A stretch of DNA of 52,289 nt from a virus (IMGVR_UViG_3300049846_000828:1-52289); one strand, 5' to 3'; counted from the stretch's first letter, positions 1-8,310 are shown. Program-made: numbers and translations. Notes: a model not told the origin generated them from the letters alone.

Positions 1-127
1 ACATAAAGGGCCGGACCAGTGACCAAGCTCACCGAAGAGTGTCAGCTAAACGAGCGTGAGCTTGCGAGGGCATCAGAAATCGCCAACGCAACATTGCGTG
101 CGACTGCTGGCCAGCAGCGCGGCATGC
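1..127. repeat. 127-bp terminal overlap identical to 52163-52289 (circular assembly overlap)
   Basis: Exact match of the first and last 127 nt. 127 is a common maximal assembler k-mer, and the ORFs read through the junction. Confidence 0.95.
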
Positions 128-315
128 GGTTCGAGGTGATGGCCATCCTGCTTGCAAATGAGGTTTACGACATCGCGGGCGTTGTAAATATGGGCGGATC
201 ACAGGCCGACGCGGAAAAGCTCATGGACGACATGATGAATTGGCTCACCGAGCGCGCGATGGAGCTTCATGCGGAAGTTGCCATGGATGGCGTTGAAAAG
301 ACCACGAAGCAATAA
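19..315 (+). CDS. Hypothetical protein (array cassette ORF)
   Basis: 98-aa ORF with GTG start 5 nt after AAAGGGCCG (5-13). Confidence 0.75.
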   Translation: MTKLTEECQLNERELARASEIANATLRATAGQQRGMRFEVMAILLANEVYDIAGVVNMGGSQADAEKLMDDMMNWLTERAMELHAEVAMDGVEKTTKQ

Positions 316-334
316 CGACACAAAGGGCCGGGTC

Positions 335-493
335 ATGCGTCTGACGTACTGGAAGTTTCGCACACAAGCCGCAGCATTGAGCGTTCGGTATTCAGTGCTG
401 CGGATGGTGTGGCGGATCACCGGACGCGGACCTAGTGCCGAGCAACGACAGATGATGCTAACGCGCCTGCGTTGGCATGCGAACAAGAAATAG
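335..493 (+). CDS. Small basic hypothetical protein (last array ORF, MRLTYWKF...)
   Basis: ATG 4 nt after AAAGGGCCG (322-330). The stop abuts the terminal degenerate site at 496-504. Confidence 0.65.
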   Translation: MRLTYWKFRTQAAALSVRYSVLRMVWRITGRGPSAEQRQMMLTRLRWHANKK

Positions 494-564
494 AAAAAGG
501 CCCGCTTGGTTCGACTGAACCACTAGAGCACTTCGTAAGACAGCCAAATTAACTAACAAAATCA

Positions 565-620
565 TGGTGGGAAGTACCGGATTCGAACCGATGACATCTT
601 CGGTGTAAAAGAAGTGTTCC
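565..620 (-). other. attP: attP core: 3' portion of tRNA-Val(TAC)
   Basis: Minus strand reads GGAACA CTTCT TTTACAC CGAAG ATGTC ATCGG TTCGAAT CCGGT ACTTCCC ACCA: anticodon loop with TAC, T arm, acceptor 3' strand and CCA. The 5' acceptor strand is absent. It lies about 700 bp downstream of the integrase. Confidence 0.85.
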
Positions 621-725
621 ATCGTGAAATGACCGGAAACAAACAAATCTAGCCGCCTGCAATAGCACCATTTGACACCGTAGCTAACCCGATTCGGGTG
701 AAGACGTACCAGGGAGCACTTCGGG

Positions 726-947
726 ATGCATTGTCGCTTTTGCGGAAAGCATAAGGATGAGGTCAAGAAGCTCATTGCTGGGCCTGACTCGATGATTTGC
801 GATGAGTGCGTCGTCCTTATGCACGGCATGCTGATGCCGTCCGAGTCCGAAGCGGCGGGCCAACCGCCAGAAGAAGACGAGGCTTTGGCGGAGATGTTTG
901 AGGAAAACGCCAGACAGATTCGCGAACGGTTGAAAGCGAAACCCTAG
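726..947 (+). CDS. Stand-alone ClpX-type C4 zinc-binding domain protein
   Basis: [27 protein letters not shown] matches the ClpX N-terminal motif CSFCGK...VKKLIAGP...ICDECV. GGGAG RBS upstream. Confidence 0.85.
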   Translation: MHCRFCGKHKDEVKKLIAGPDSMICDECVVLMHGMLMPSESEAAGQPPEEDEALAEMFEENARQIRERLKAKP

Positions 948-1085
948 ACGCAGGAGAGCGGTGAGTGGGGAAGAACCACAGCACCAACAAGGAACGGTCG
1001 CATGTTGCTCGCAAAAAAGCACGCAAGGCAAGGCACAACAGGAACATGCAGTCAGCATCTAAGCGGCGGCGAAAGGAGCAGGCCC

Positions 1086-1313
1086 GTGCCTATTGGCGAG
1101 GCGAGTGCGACCACCCGGCATGACGTTACCGACGAAGAGTTTCGCGCATGCGGATACACCGGCCATGCGCGAAATTTTCCGTTGTCCGATGCTGCGTTTC
1201 TGGAAAAATGTCGTTTCAACGGTGCAGATCCGTTGAAAGTGCCGAGGGCGTGGCGCTTCGCTCCGAACGAGTTCATGCGAAAGCATTGGGAAGACAAGGC
1301 TACTTCCTCCTAA
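1086..1313 (+). CDS. Hypothetical protein
   Basis: Part of the ORF at 1002-1313. GTG at 1086 follows AAAGGAG. Converges on int. Confidence 0.55.
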   Translation: MPIGEASATTRHDVTDEEFRACGYTGHARNFPLSDAAFLEKCRFNGADPLKVPRAWRFAPNEFMRKHWEDKATSS

Positions 1314-2355
1314 GCCTCATGTCGATGACATCGGCAGCGGGCTTTAGCGTGTTCGGGTCTGTCTTGACGTAAATGCTTCTGGTTGTGTTCGGGTTCTTGT
1401 GGCCGAGCAGCTTGGCGGTGAGTTCCATTGAGATCCCGCCATTCACTGACCAGCTTGCCGCCGTGTGTCTCAGGATATGCGGCGTCACGTCTTTCAGACC
1501 CGCCCGTCTGGTTGCCGCCTCGAACCCCTTCCTGATCTTCTTCACCGGCTGCTCTGCCCATTCAATCACGTAGTCAGTGAGTGCGCCGGCCTTTGCTTCG
1601 AGCAGTGCGACCCGTGCCAGGTCTGAGATCGGCACCACAGCACGGCCTTTTCGTACCGTCTTGAGCAATGGGTTATCCGGCTGGTCTGCCCGGAGGTCTA
1701 TGGTGCCCCGGTCAAAGTCCACATGGCTCCATTTCAGCTCGAGCAGTGCCGCAGATCTTGCCGCCGTCGTAATCGCCAGCACCACGAACAGCCTGACATG
1801 CGGCATGTGGCAGGCGTCAATAAGCCGGATCACTTCGTCTTCGGTGAGTACCCGGGAGCGGGGCTGAGGCTTCTGCGGTAGCCAGACGTAGGGCGCTCGA
1901 TCGATCACGCGGCGCTTAGCTGCCCAGTTCAGGCAGGACCGGAGCAAGGTTAGCTCTGTCCAGATGGTGCCCTGAGAAACGCCCTCAGAAAGCCGCTGAC
2001 GGGCATAATCTCGGCAGGGGTTGGCATCCACCACATCAACAGGCATGCCGCTAAATCGCGGCGCTAGGGCCTTCCAGTGATAGTCGAAGTTGGCAACCTG
2101 CTTGCCGTCTAGTTCCCGGTCCGCCCGGTAAGCTGTGAACAACTCCCCGACCGTGACGGCTTGTGAGGCTTGCAGCCTCTGGACCTTGCGCGCGAAGGTC
2201 TCAAGCAATTGCCTAGCTGTTACTTCGCTGGTCCCATCAGGGCCAAGGACTCGTCGCTGTTTCTTGTCGTCTGCGTTCCAGACGACGACTGGCCGGCCAT
2301 TGAGCTGCCCGAGCCGGTACTTGCCGACTTGATACCTTCGCCACCGCTTTCCCAT
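1300..2355 (-). CDS. int: Tyrosine recombinase (phage integrase)
   Basis: TTAARSAALLELKW (R), HILRHT (H-x-x-R), LLGH and distal Y (SIYV) catalytic motifs. Adjacent to attP and xis. Confidence 0.93.
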   Translation of the reverse strand: MGKRWRRYQVGKYRLGQLNGRPVVVWNADDKKQRRVLGPDGTSEVTARQLLETFARKVQRLQASQAVTVGELFTAYRADRELDGKQVANFDYHWKALAPRFSGMPVDVVDANPCRDYARQRLSEGVSQGTIWTELTLLRSCLNWAAKRRVIDRAPYVWLPQKPQPRSRVLTEDEVIRLIDACHMPHVRLFVVLAITTAARSAALLELKWSHVDFDRGTIDLRADQPDNPLLKTVRKGRAVVPISDLARVALLEAKAGALTDYVIEWAEQPVKKIRKGFEAATRRAGLKDVTPHILRHTAASWSVNGGISMELTAKLLGHKNPNTTRSIYVKTDPNTLKPAADVIDMRLRRK

Positions 2356-2522
2356 CTCGCGACCTCATCAGCCGAGATCCTATGAACGCGCGACCCTAGC
2401 GGGAAGGTCTTGAGTCTGCCAGAGTTGATGAGGGTATAGATATGCTTCTCTGAGCAGCCCCATCGTTCGGCCAGTCCCGCCACTGAATACGGCCTCAGTG
2501 CATCCCCTGCTGTGGGCTTCAT
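2220..2522 (-). CDS. xis: Excisionase-like winged HTH protein
   Basis: YSVAGLAERWGCSEKHIYTLINSGRLKTFPLGSRVHRISADEVARW. Directly upstream of and overlapping int. Confidence 0.8.
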   Translation of the reverse strand: MKPTAGDALRPYSVAGLAERWGCSEKHIYTLINSGRLKTFPLGSRVHRISADEVARWESGGEGIKSASTGSGSSMAGQSSSGTQTTRNSDESLALMGPAK

Positions 2523-2800
2523 GGGGAGGGCTCCTGTTCGCTCTCCCGCCTGCAATACTCGCAGTCAGGGTGTGCTTCGTCGTACAGGTGCGGCGCGTCG
2601 TACTCGCGATAGTGGGTCGGCATGTCGCGCTTGGTGCGCTCGTCGGCAAGTATCAGCCGCGCCAAGTGCACCCACTGGCACCATTGCCCTTCAGCAAAGT
2701 CGTTGCCGTTGCGCGGGCTGTACGAATGAAACCAGTGTTCTCCGAGGCTGCCGCCAACGATTGCGAGGCGCTTGCCAGCTTTGACCATGTCTTCGCTCAT
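2519..2800 (-). CDS. Hypothetical protein
   Basis: 93 aa, start/stop-coupled within the leftward operon. Confidence 0.65.
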   Translation of the reverse strand: MSEDMVKAGKRLAIVGGSLGEHWFHSYSPRNGNDFAEGQWCQWVHLARLILADERTKRDMPTHYREYDAPHLYDEAHPDCEYCRRESEQEPSP

Positions 2801-3063
2801 CCCTTTCCCTCCCCTAGAGCGGCGTCAATGGCGGCGGTGAATAGCTCGCTGTCACGAGGATGGCTGAGCCTACCCATTGCTCCGATCATCCTCTCTGTCG
2901 GCTCCCGTATAGCCATGAGGGAGGCGCGGGCGATGCCGACGTATCGTTCGAAGTACCAAGAAGGATAAACGTCCGTGTCTCGCCACCCAGCCGGGTCGCA
3001 GCCGTCAGCGGCAAACGCGGCTTTGCCCGCTAGTTCAAGCTCCGGTGTGTTGCTGTTGCTCAT
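2797..3063 (-). CDS. Hypothetical phage protein
   Basis: 88 aa with GGAG RBS. The ARASLMAIREPTERMI...TAAIDAAL pattern is typical of alphaproteobacterial phage early genes. Confidence 0.7.
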   Translation of the reverse strand: MSNSNTPELELAGKAAFAADGCDPAGWRDTDVYPSWYFERYVGIARASLMAIREPTERMIGAMGRLSHPRDSELFTAAIDAALGEGKG

Positions 3064-3395
3064 GTCTTGTCTCCGGGAGGGGGAGGGAGGGGGAGATAGT
3101 GGGTTGGCTTTCTGAACGGGTACTCGTCCATGCGGCCAACTTTCATCATGGCGGGCAGTTTCGTTCTCCCAATATCTTTCGGGAAATAAAGTAGCGCTTC
3201 GCCAAGTTTCGGCGCGTTCTCAAGATCGAACCTTCACTCCGTCCTCTCTCTGAGGCGGGTGATCTCGGCAATGGCAGCGCCGGATGCATCGCTCAATTCG
3301 ACAATCATGCCTGCCACCTCTGGCGTAGCGTGCTCGCTAGCCCAGGCGGTGGCGCGCAAACACGCGCGCGATAGACGATCCAGAACGTCACTCAT
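3060..3395 (-). pseudogene. DUF551-like protein interrupted by an in-frame TGA at 3236-3234
   Basis: Translation ...RERTE*RFDLENAPKLGEALLYFP...KPTHYLPLPPPPGDKT*. The downstream part ends in an ATGA overlap with the next gene, and the stop lies where Trp is expected. Confidence 0.7.
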
Positions 3396-3702
3396 TGCCG
3401 CCTCCACGGATGGCCTGGGCGAGTTCATCGGCCATGTCCTTGAAGTGAGAATTGCAAATTTGCCACGTCTCAGCGTCGCCATTACTCAACTGGCTGTAGC
3501 TGTTTGACACTTCAACTTGCTTCTTAATGCGGCCGATGATCGGGCTCACCTTCTCATCAATATCCGCCCTCACCTCTGCCTCTATGAGAGGGAGGATGGA
3601 AAGGAGGGCTGCTTGCATGGTGATCCAGCTCACACGTTCGTCTTGACGGTAAATAGTGTCGATCGCCTTCTCGACCCACTCGTCTTTAAGCTCGATGCTC
3701 AT
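3388..3702 (-). CDS. Hypothetical protein
   Basis: 104 aa, coupled to neighbours. Confidence 0.65.
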   Translation of the reverse strand: MSIELKDEWVEKAIDTIYRQDERVSWITMQAALLSILPLIEAEVRADIDEKVSPIIGRIKKQVEVSNSYSQLSNGDAETWQICNSHFKDMADELAQAIRGGGNE

Positions 3703-3926
3703 GCTGGCCCCATCAGTTTAGACACCGGAACTTCCAGCGCTTCTGCGATCACAACGATACGGCCAGCACTCACACGGTTGCGGCCGGACTCGTACTTCTG
3801 CACCTGCTGGAAGGTCACGCCGATGCGTTCCCCAAGCACCGTTTGAGTGACGCCCTTCTCGTTCCGCACCTTGCGAATCCTAGCGCTGATCGCCTTGTCG
3901 ATCTCTGATGCTGTGCGTCTGGTCAT
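3699..3926 (-). CDS. XRE-family HTH protein
   Basis: RIRKVRNEKGVTQTVLGERIGVTFQQVQKYESGRNRVSAGR. Confidence 0.88.
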   Translation of the reverse strand: MTRRTASEIDKAISARIRKVRNEKGVTQTVLGERIGVTFQQVQKYESGRNRVSAGRIVVIAEALEVPVSKLMGPA

Positions 3927-4270
3927 TGCCGCCTCCGCCTGAATTGTCCTGATCTCGTGTGCTCGGTAGGAACGAAGTGCTTCGTGTAAACGCGCCGGTC
4001 GTGACCGTGCTCTGCGTGGTCGTCTGCGTCCTTCTCAGGCCAGCACCACTCGCAGGAAATCCCAAGATTGCTGTCGTCGTCAGTGCCGCCGTTTTCGAGC
4101 GCGTCACCATGCTCGACGCGCCAGCGGTCACGCGGTCCGAGCTTGCGCCCGCAGCCCTGTTTCTTGCCCGCCTTCATCCATCCACAACGGCAATCGCAGT
4201 TGGCAAACACCCGCGCCCGCCGCTGTGGCGTCATGGGCTTGCGGTCTGCTTGCTGGAATGGGTTGCTCAT
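3923..4270 (-). CDS. HNH-family endonuclease-like protein
   Basis: C-x(n)-CGRKL...WRVEHGDALENGGTDDDSNLGISCEWC zinc/HNH pattern. Confidence 0.75.
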   Translation of the reverse strand: MSNPFQQADRKPMTPQRRARVFANCDCRCGWMKAGKKQGCGRKLGPRDRWRVEHGDALENGGTDDDSNLGISCEWCWPEKDADDHAEHGHDRRVYTKHFVPTEHTRSGQFRRRRQ

Positions 4271-4401
4271 TTCTTGTTCGCCTCGCGAATAGCGTCGGCA
4301 ATGTCTCGCAGAGCACTAGCGATGCCGGGGAGACTGGTTGCGATTGTGATCGCCGCAAGGAACGAGACGAACCACAGAGCGTGCTGAAAGAATTGTTCCA
4401 T
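4267..4401 (-). CDS. 44-aa single-TM membrane peptide (MEQFFQHALWFVSFLAAITIATSLPG...)
   Basis: Hand-translated and below the ORF-track cutoff. GAGGAAG RBS. Stop overlaps the next ATG. Confidence 0.6.
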   Translation of the reverse strand: MEQFFQHALWFVSFLAAITIATSLPGIASALRDIADAIREANKK

Positions 4402-4457
4402 CTCTTCCTCGTCATCTCCCCCTCGTCCGTTGCAAAGAACGAGAGGGAGAGGGTTGG

Positions 4458-4682
4458 TTACTGCAAAGACATTGCAGCGTCGTACTCGGCCGATGCCGCT
4501 TCGCTTGGCGTCAGGTCGTCATCGTACATTTCGCGCCAGCATTCGTGCCCGGTTTGCTTGATGTACTCGTGCGCCTCTTCGACAGATGAAACGACACGCT
4601 TTGCCAGTTCCCCCGGAAGCTCTGACAGCCACTTTTCAAATGGCACGTCGTTGCTCTTGATGGGCTCTAGTTCGCCACTCAT
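4458..4682 (-). CDS. Acidic hypothetical protein
   Basis: 74-aa ORF in operon order. Confidence 0.6.
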   Translation of the reverse strand: MSGELEPIKSNDVPFEKWLSELPGELAKRVVSSVEEAHEYIKQTGHECWREMYDDDLTPSEAASAEYDAAMSLQ

Positions 4683-4683
4683 G

Positions 4684-4767
4684 TCACGCTGCCTTCTTCT
4701 TCTTCGACGGCTTCTTCACCGCCTTCACTGCTGGTTTCTTCGTTGCTTTCTTCGCTGCTTTAGCCAT
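4684..4767 (-). CDS. 27-aa Lys/Ala-rich histone H1-like peptide MAKAAKKATKKPAVKAVKKPSKKKKAA
   Basis: Hand-translated. GAGAGGG RBS. Fills the gap in the operon exactly. Confidence 0.6.
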   Translation of the reverse strand: MAKAAKKATKKPAVKAVKKPSKKKKAA

Positions 4768-4790
4768 GTGGCCCTCTCTGGTTGGTACGC

Positions 4791-5045
4791 TCACTGATCC
4801 ATCTCGCGGGCTTGTGCCGCCTTCTCGTTATCTTCCAAGGCGAACCGCTCGCAGAGCCAGTCCAGCGTCTGACGGCGAACCGCAGCGCCCTTGCGGCCTT
4901 CAAGCCGTGACATCTCTTCAATGCATGCCATGAGGCATTCCATCTGCGGGTCATAGCCGGCATAGAGGCTTTCGCCAGGAGCGGCTTCGTCTACCTTTGC
5001 GGCAGCATCTTTCCAGCCGCCTCGCAGTCTGCGAACAACGCTCAT
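4791..5045 (-). CDS. Hypothetical protein
   Basis: 84 aa with RBS. Confidence 0.6.
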   Translation of the reverse strand: MSVVRRLRGGWKDAAAKVDEAAPGESLYAGYDPQMECLMACIEEMSRLEGRKGAAVRRQTLDWLCERFALEDNEKAAQAREMDQ

Positions 5046-5059
5046 GTCACTTCCCCTTG

Positions 5060-5320
5060 TTAGCCGGGTACCACCTCAGGCACCTTCGAACGTTGGATAG
5101 CCTTCGTCCGTAGTTTGAATTTGGAAAGCGGTGTCCGTTTCGCTGTTGGGTCAGATAGACGGACTGGCACACGGGGTTCGGCGCTAGGCTCGCTGCTGAG
5201 CACGAGGCGCACAGCTTGTGGATCGAAGCGGTGGGAACCGCAGGTGTCGATTCTCTCTCCGGTGTCGGCGCGCTTGTTTGCATGGGTGGCCTCGTACTCT
5301 CCGCAAATCTGACACTTCAT
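5060..5320 (-). CDS. Hypothetical protein with CxxC motif
   Basis: MKCQICG...CGSH. Coupled to the exonuclease stop. Confidence 0.6.
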   Translation of the reverse strand: MKCQICGEYEATHANKRADTGERIDTCGSHRFDPQAVRLVLSSEPSAEPRVPVRLSDPTAKRTPLSKFKLRTKAIQRSKVPEVVPG

Positions 5321-5931
5321 GCCGCCATCTCCTGAAGCGTGACGGTCTTTGCATGAACTTCGGCTAGGAACTCTCTGACCTTGTCTTCGAGGTCCAGCAC
5401 CAGCACGTCATCGCGTTCGATCCGCTTCACGAACAGCCGCAAGTTTTCCGGCATGCGCGGGTCATAGCTCACGAAGTCGCACCACTTGCGGCCCGTGCAT
5501 GCCATCTGCCAGTGCATTTGCAGGACGTACTTCTCAGGCACCGCGCCCTTCAAAAGCGTCTCAATCTGTGTGGCCGTGCTCGGGCACTTGATCTCAACGA
5601 GGCCATCAGTCCCGACCAATCCGTCAGGGCTTGCGCCGCTCATCTCAATAGTTTCGTGCGGAACGAAATCGACAAGATCGACGGTCACGCCATGGAACAT
5701 CGAATAGACGGAACGCGCCTCTGCTTCGGTCGCTGTTCCCCATTCCATCGCGGCGTTTGTGTAGCTCTCAGCTACAACACCAGTCAGGCGTTCAGCTATG
5801 AGCTGGGCAGCGTAGTTGGCACGGGATGCGCCCCAACCAGTTTTCGTTCTGGCGCAGATGTCGGCCATGCGGGAGGCGGTAGCTTTGCCAAGCCGTAGTG
5901 CCTTCCATTCGTCGGAGCCTTGCTCAACCAT
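5317..5931 (-). CDS. YqaJ/lambda-type exonuclease
   Basis: QGSDEWKALRLGKATAS, AMEWG...EAEAR, GASPDGLVG...LVEIKCP, YVLQMHWQM..TGRKWCDFVSYDPR. Confidence 0.92.
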   Translation of the reverse strand: MVEQGSDEWKALRLGKATASRMADICARTKTGWGASRANYAAQLIAERLTGVVAESYTNAAMEWGTATEAEARSVYSMFHGVTVDLVDFVPHETIEMSGASPDGLVGTDGLVEIKCPSTATQIETLLKGAVPEKYVLQMHWQMACTGRKWCDFVSYDPRMPENLRLFVKRIERDDVLVLDLEDKVREFLAEVHAKTVTLQEMAA

Positions 5932-6673
5932 TGGAGCCCGCCTTGCGCTTGCGAGCGGATAGACCAGCAATGGCCTGAGCAATCTGCTTAGGGCTTAGGT
6001 CGTCAAGCTCACCGACAGAGTAGTGATTGCAGATCCAGCTCACGTCAGCCTTGGTTTCTGCAATCAGCGCATTGAGTGCTTCTAGCGTGTGCGTTGGTGA
6101 AGGTTGCTCGCCAGCGCGCCGGCCATCGTCATCTGTCGAAGCAGCAAGACCAGCCCCAAGCTTCAGCGTGTAGCGCTGCAAGTACGTTGCAGTGGAGCCG
6201 ATGCCCTGAATGGCGTTCTTGTTGCCGGAGTCATCGATCGGCGCATGCAACGTGTTCTCTTCTGAGTGGCCGTCGACATGCGAGATGATGCACGTGACCG
6301 ACAACCGGCCAGCGTCTTGTTTAGTGCGGAACCGATATGACAACCCGTGCTTGGCGAACACCGGATCAATCACCTTGGCAATCTCAGCCAAGTCTTCGTG
6401 CCGGTAGTTCGTCCGCCCTTTGGTTGACGTGAAATCGACTTGACGGTTTTTGAAGATCGTCGGGATTTCACCGCGTGCCGCTGCAATCGCTGCGTTGAAC
6501 GCACGCATGGCATTGCGTTGGTCGGTGCGCTCTTTCAGAGCCATTAGCCGCTCGAACTTGTCGACGTCGACGTTTGGGTTTGCTGCCGCCGACGCGATGG
6601 CTGAATCCATTGCAGCCGCTTCAACATCCATGGCGGATGGCAGCTTAACTACTACTGCGTTTCCGTCGCTCAT
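5924..6673 (-). CDS. erf: ERF-family single-strand annealing recombinase
   Basis: QGIGSTATYLQRYTL...DDDG ERF signature, next to the exonuclease. Confidence 0.88.
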   Translation of the reverse strand: MSDGNAVVVKLPSAMDVEAAAMDSAIASAAANPNVDVDKFERLMALKERTDQRNAMRAFNAAIAAARGEIPTIFKNRQVDFTSTKGRTNYRHEDLAEIAKVIDPVFAKHGLSYRFRTKQDAGRLSVTCIISHVDGHSEENTLHAPIDDSGNKNAIQGIGSTATYLQRYTLKLGAGLAASTDDDGRRAGEQPSPTHTLEALNALIAETKADVSWICNHYSVGELDDLSPKQIAQAIAGLSARKRKAGSNG

Positions 6674-6889
6674 CTGTCTCTCCTGATTGGTTTGCTGGAT
6701 GCGGCACCGGAACCGCCCGCGACGATCCCCCGTTCACTTTGGTGCCGCATCCAGCACTTGCGCTTTCTCTCCACTGTGTTGGACACAGGCCCTCGGAGAG
6801 TCAGCGCAAATCTCATCCCTTGATTGTCAGAACAATGATCGCGCCCATCCCGCCAAACGTGACGGCGCAGAGGAAAAGCTCAGACCAGC

Positions 6890-7207
6890 TCATGCGCGCT
6901 CTCTCTGGAAGTGCCGGTGCTCTGCGTTCGGGGCGAGAACGATCCCGTTGCGGTTGATGATCTCGTCCGAGATGTACCGCTTGTACTTGGGCCGAAGAGC
7001 GTAGGCGTTGAGGTGCTTGGTCAGCGGCTTCAGGAGATCGGATTCGATGGGCTTGCCCTCTGGCGCGGACCACGAACCAAGGTTCCAGTGCAGCTCGCCA
7101 CCGCTCACCCACCAGTCCACATAGACCCGCGCATCAAGCATCAGCCAATGGCCGGGGGCGTATTCGACTTCAGCTTCTTCGAAGAGGATGTGTTCGTGCC
7201 CGGTCAT
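6890..7207 (-). CDS. Hypothetical protein
   Basis: 105 aa, coupled. Confidence 0.6.
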   Translation of the reverse strand: MTGHEHILFEEAEVEYAPGHWLMLDARVYVDWWVSGGELHWNLGSWSAPEGKPIESDLLKPLTKHLNAYALRPKYKRYISDEIINRNGIVLAPNAEHRHFQRERA

Positions 7208-7440
7208 GCTGCGACCCCTTCGATGAGCTTCATCTTCGGCATCAGCAGATCATCAATGATCGCGCTTTCAGTGGTGTCAGTGATCCGAGCCACAACACCA
7301 GGGCGGCGATCGTCAGTGACGTAGACCTCACAACCAGCATCGGCTTCCTTGTGGATCCGGAGGCCGTTTGGTGTGATGCGGATCAGAACCCGCTTGGAGA
7401 ATTGCACTGCCGGTTTGCGGCGGAGGAAGCGGTTGAGCAT
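7204..7440 (-). CDS. Hypothetical protein
   Basis: Start MLNRFLRR after GGAG. Confidence 0.55.
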   Translation of the reverse strand: MLNRFLRRKPAVQFSKRVLIRITPNGLRIHKEADAGCEVYVTDDRRPGVVARITDTTESAIIDDLLMPKMKLIEGVAA

Positions 7441-7445
7441 GGCGG

Positions 7446-7685
7446 TCACTCCGCCTCGATGGAGAACGATGCGCCAGCGTGCATTCCGCACATGATCATG
7501 CCGCGCCAAGGCGTCGTCTCAAGATCAACCAGCACCTCAACGTCGCGGGATCTCAAGAATGGCCGAGCGTGTTTGAGGATTTTCGTTTCAAGGATGTCCT
7601 CGGTGTCGGCTTGGATCGACACCGGGCCGACAGTGCGAGACCGGCCAATGCGGTTTTCATCAAAGGTGATTCTGTAATTTGGCAT
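7446..7685 (-). CDS. Hypothetical protein, first gene of the leftward operon
   Basis: 79-aa ORF downstream of the PL-like promoter. Confidence 0.6.
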   Translation of the reverse strand: MPNYRITFDENRIGRSRTVGPVSIQADTEDILETKILKHARPFLRSRDVEVLVDLETTPWRGMIMCGMHAGASFSIEAE

Positions 7686-7788
7686 CGGGTGGGCATCCCG
7701 TAGGGTTGAAAAGGATCACCGGCCGACTTGGGGAGTGGCTTCCGTCCGCGTGTCGTTGGGGTTAGCGGTGTCGGCCGGTGATGAGCAA

Positions 7789-7840
7789 AACGTAAATGAC
7801 AAGCTGTCATACGTCAACTGTAAAAATGATAAAATGTCAT
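7789..7840 (-). promoter_or_regulatory. PL-like promoter with two repressor operators
   Basis: -35 TTGACG (7817-7812), 17 bp spacer, -10 TACGTT (7794-7789). Palindromes ATGACAAGCTGTCAT (7796-7810) and ATGATAAAATGTCAT (7826-7840). Confidence 0.75.
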
Positions 7841-7936
7841 TCGGCGTGTGGAAAACTTGCAGACGCACGTATGCCGCCGCGATCGATTGTTGATCGCGAT
7901 CAAGAAGCTATCTTTCCGGTGAGTAAAAAGCGTGCT

Positions 7937-8227
7937 CTACTTTTGCTTGCGTAGATCGCGTATTCTAGTCGCCAGCGTATACGGCAGCCCAGATGGGTCA
8001 CCTCGATACAGCCAGTCTAGCGTTAGACCATAGACGTTGCAGAGCTTCATGGCGGCCTGCAAGGTCAGCAATCGCTTCCCGGTTTCAAACCGATTGTAAA
8101 GCGATTGCTCCAGACCCGCACCCTCACCAAAATCACGCTGATCTTCCACGCCAAGGGCCGCGCGCGACTCTTTCAGTCGCCGCGCCGTATCCATCGCATG
8201 GTCGCCTGAATCGAGAGGATCGTGCAT
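7937..8227 (-). CDS. Prophage repressor, short XRE HTH with no S24 peptidase domain (start 8227 or 8194)
   Basis: RLKESRAALGVEDQRDFGEGAGLEQSLYNRFETGKR...TLDWLYRG. Divergent from the Cro-like gene and flanked by operators. Confidence 0.85.
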   Translation of the reverse strand: MHDPLDSGDHAMDTARRLKESRAALGVEDQRDFGEGAGLEQSLYNRFETGKRLLTLQAAMKLCNVYGLTLDWLYRGDPSGLPYTLATRIRDLRKQK

Positions 8228-8265
8228 CGCGGCATATGCATAACCTTTCCACAGATGGTTTGCAG

Positions 8266-8310
8266 TTGCCGTGCTGTCATGTTGCACAGAATGACAATTT
8301 ATCATATTGT
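8266..8310 (+). promoter_or_regulatory. PR-like promoter with operator
   Basis: -35 TTGCAC (8282-8287), 17 bp spacer, -10 TATTGT (8305-8310). Operator ATGACAATTTATCAT at 8291-8305 and a weaker site at 8266-8280. Confidence 0.75.

Noticed and set aside
1-127. Direct terminal repeat as a biological genome end
   Set aside because: Exactly 127 bp (typical assembler k-mer) and it cuts through array genes, so it indicates circular assembly rather than a packaging DTR.
549-563. CtrA box near attP
   Set aside because: Only one TTAA half-site. TTAA-N7-TTAA is not matched.
565-640. Functional tRNA-Val gene
   Set aside because: The 5' acceptor strand (GGGAAGT) and D arm are missing. Treated as attP.
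3075-3095. G-run (GGGAGGGGGAGGGAGGGGG) as a G-quadruplex element
   Set aside because: Explained by PLPPPP codons of the interrupted DUF551-like gene on the minus strand.
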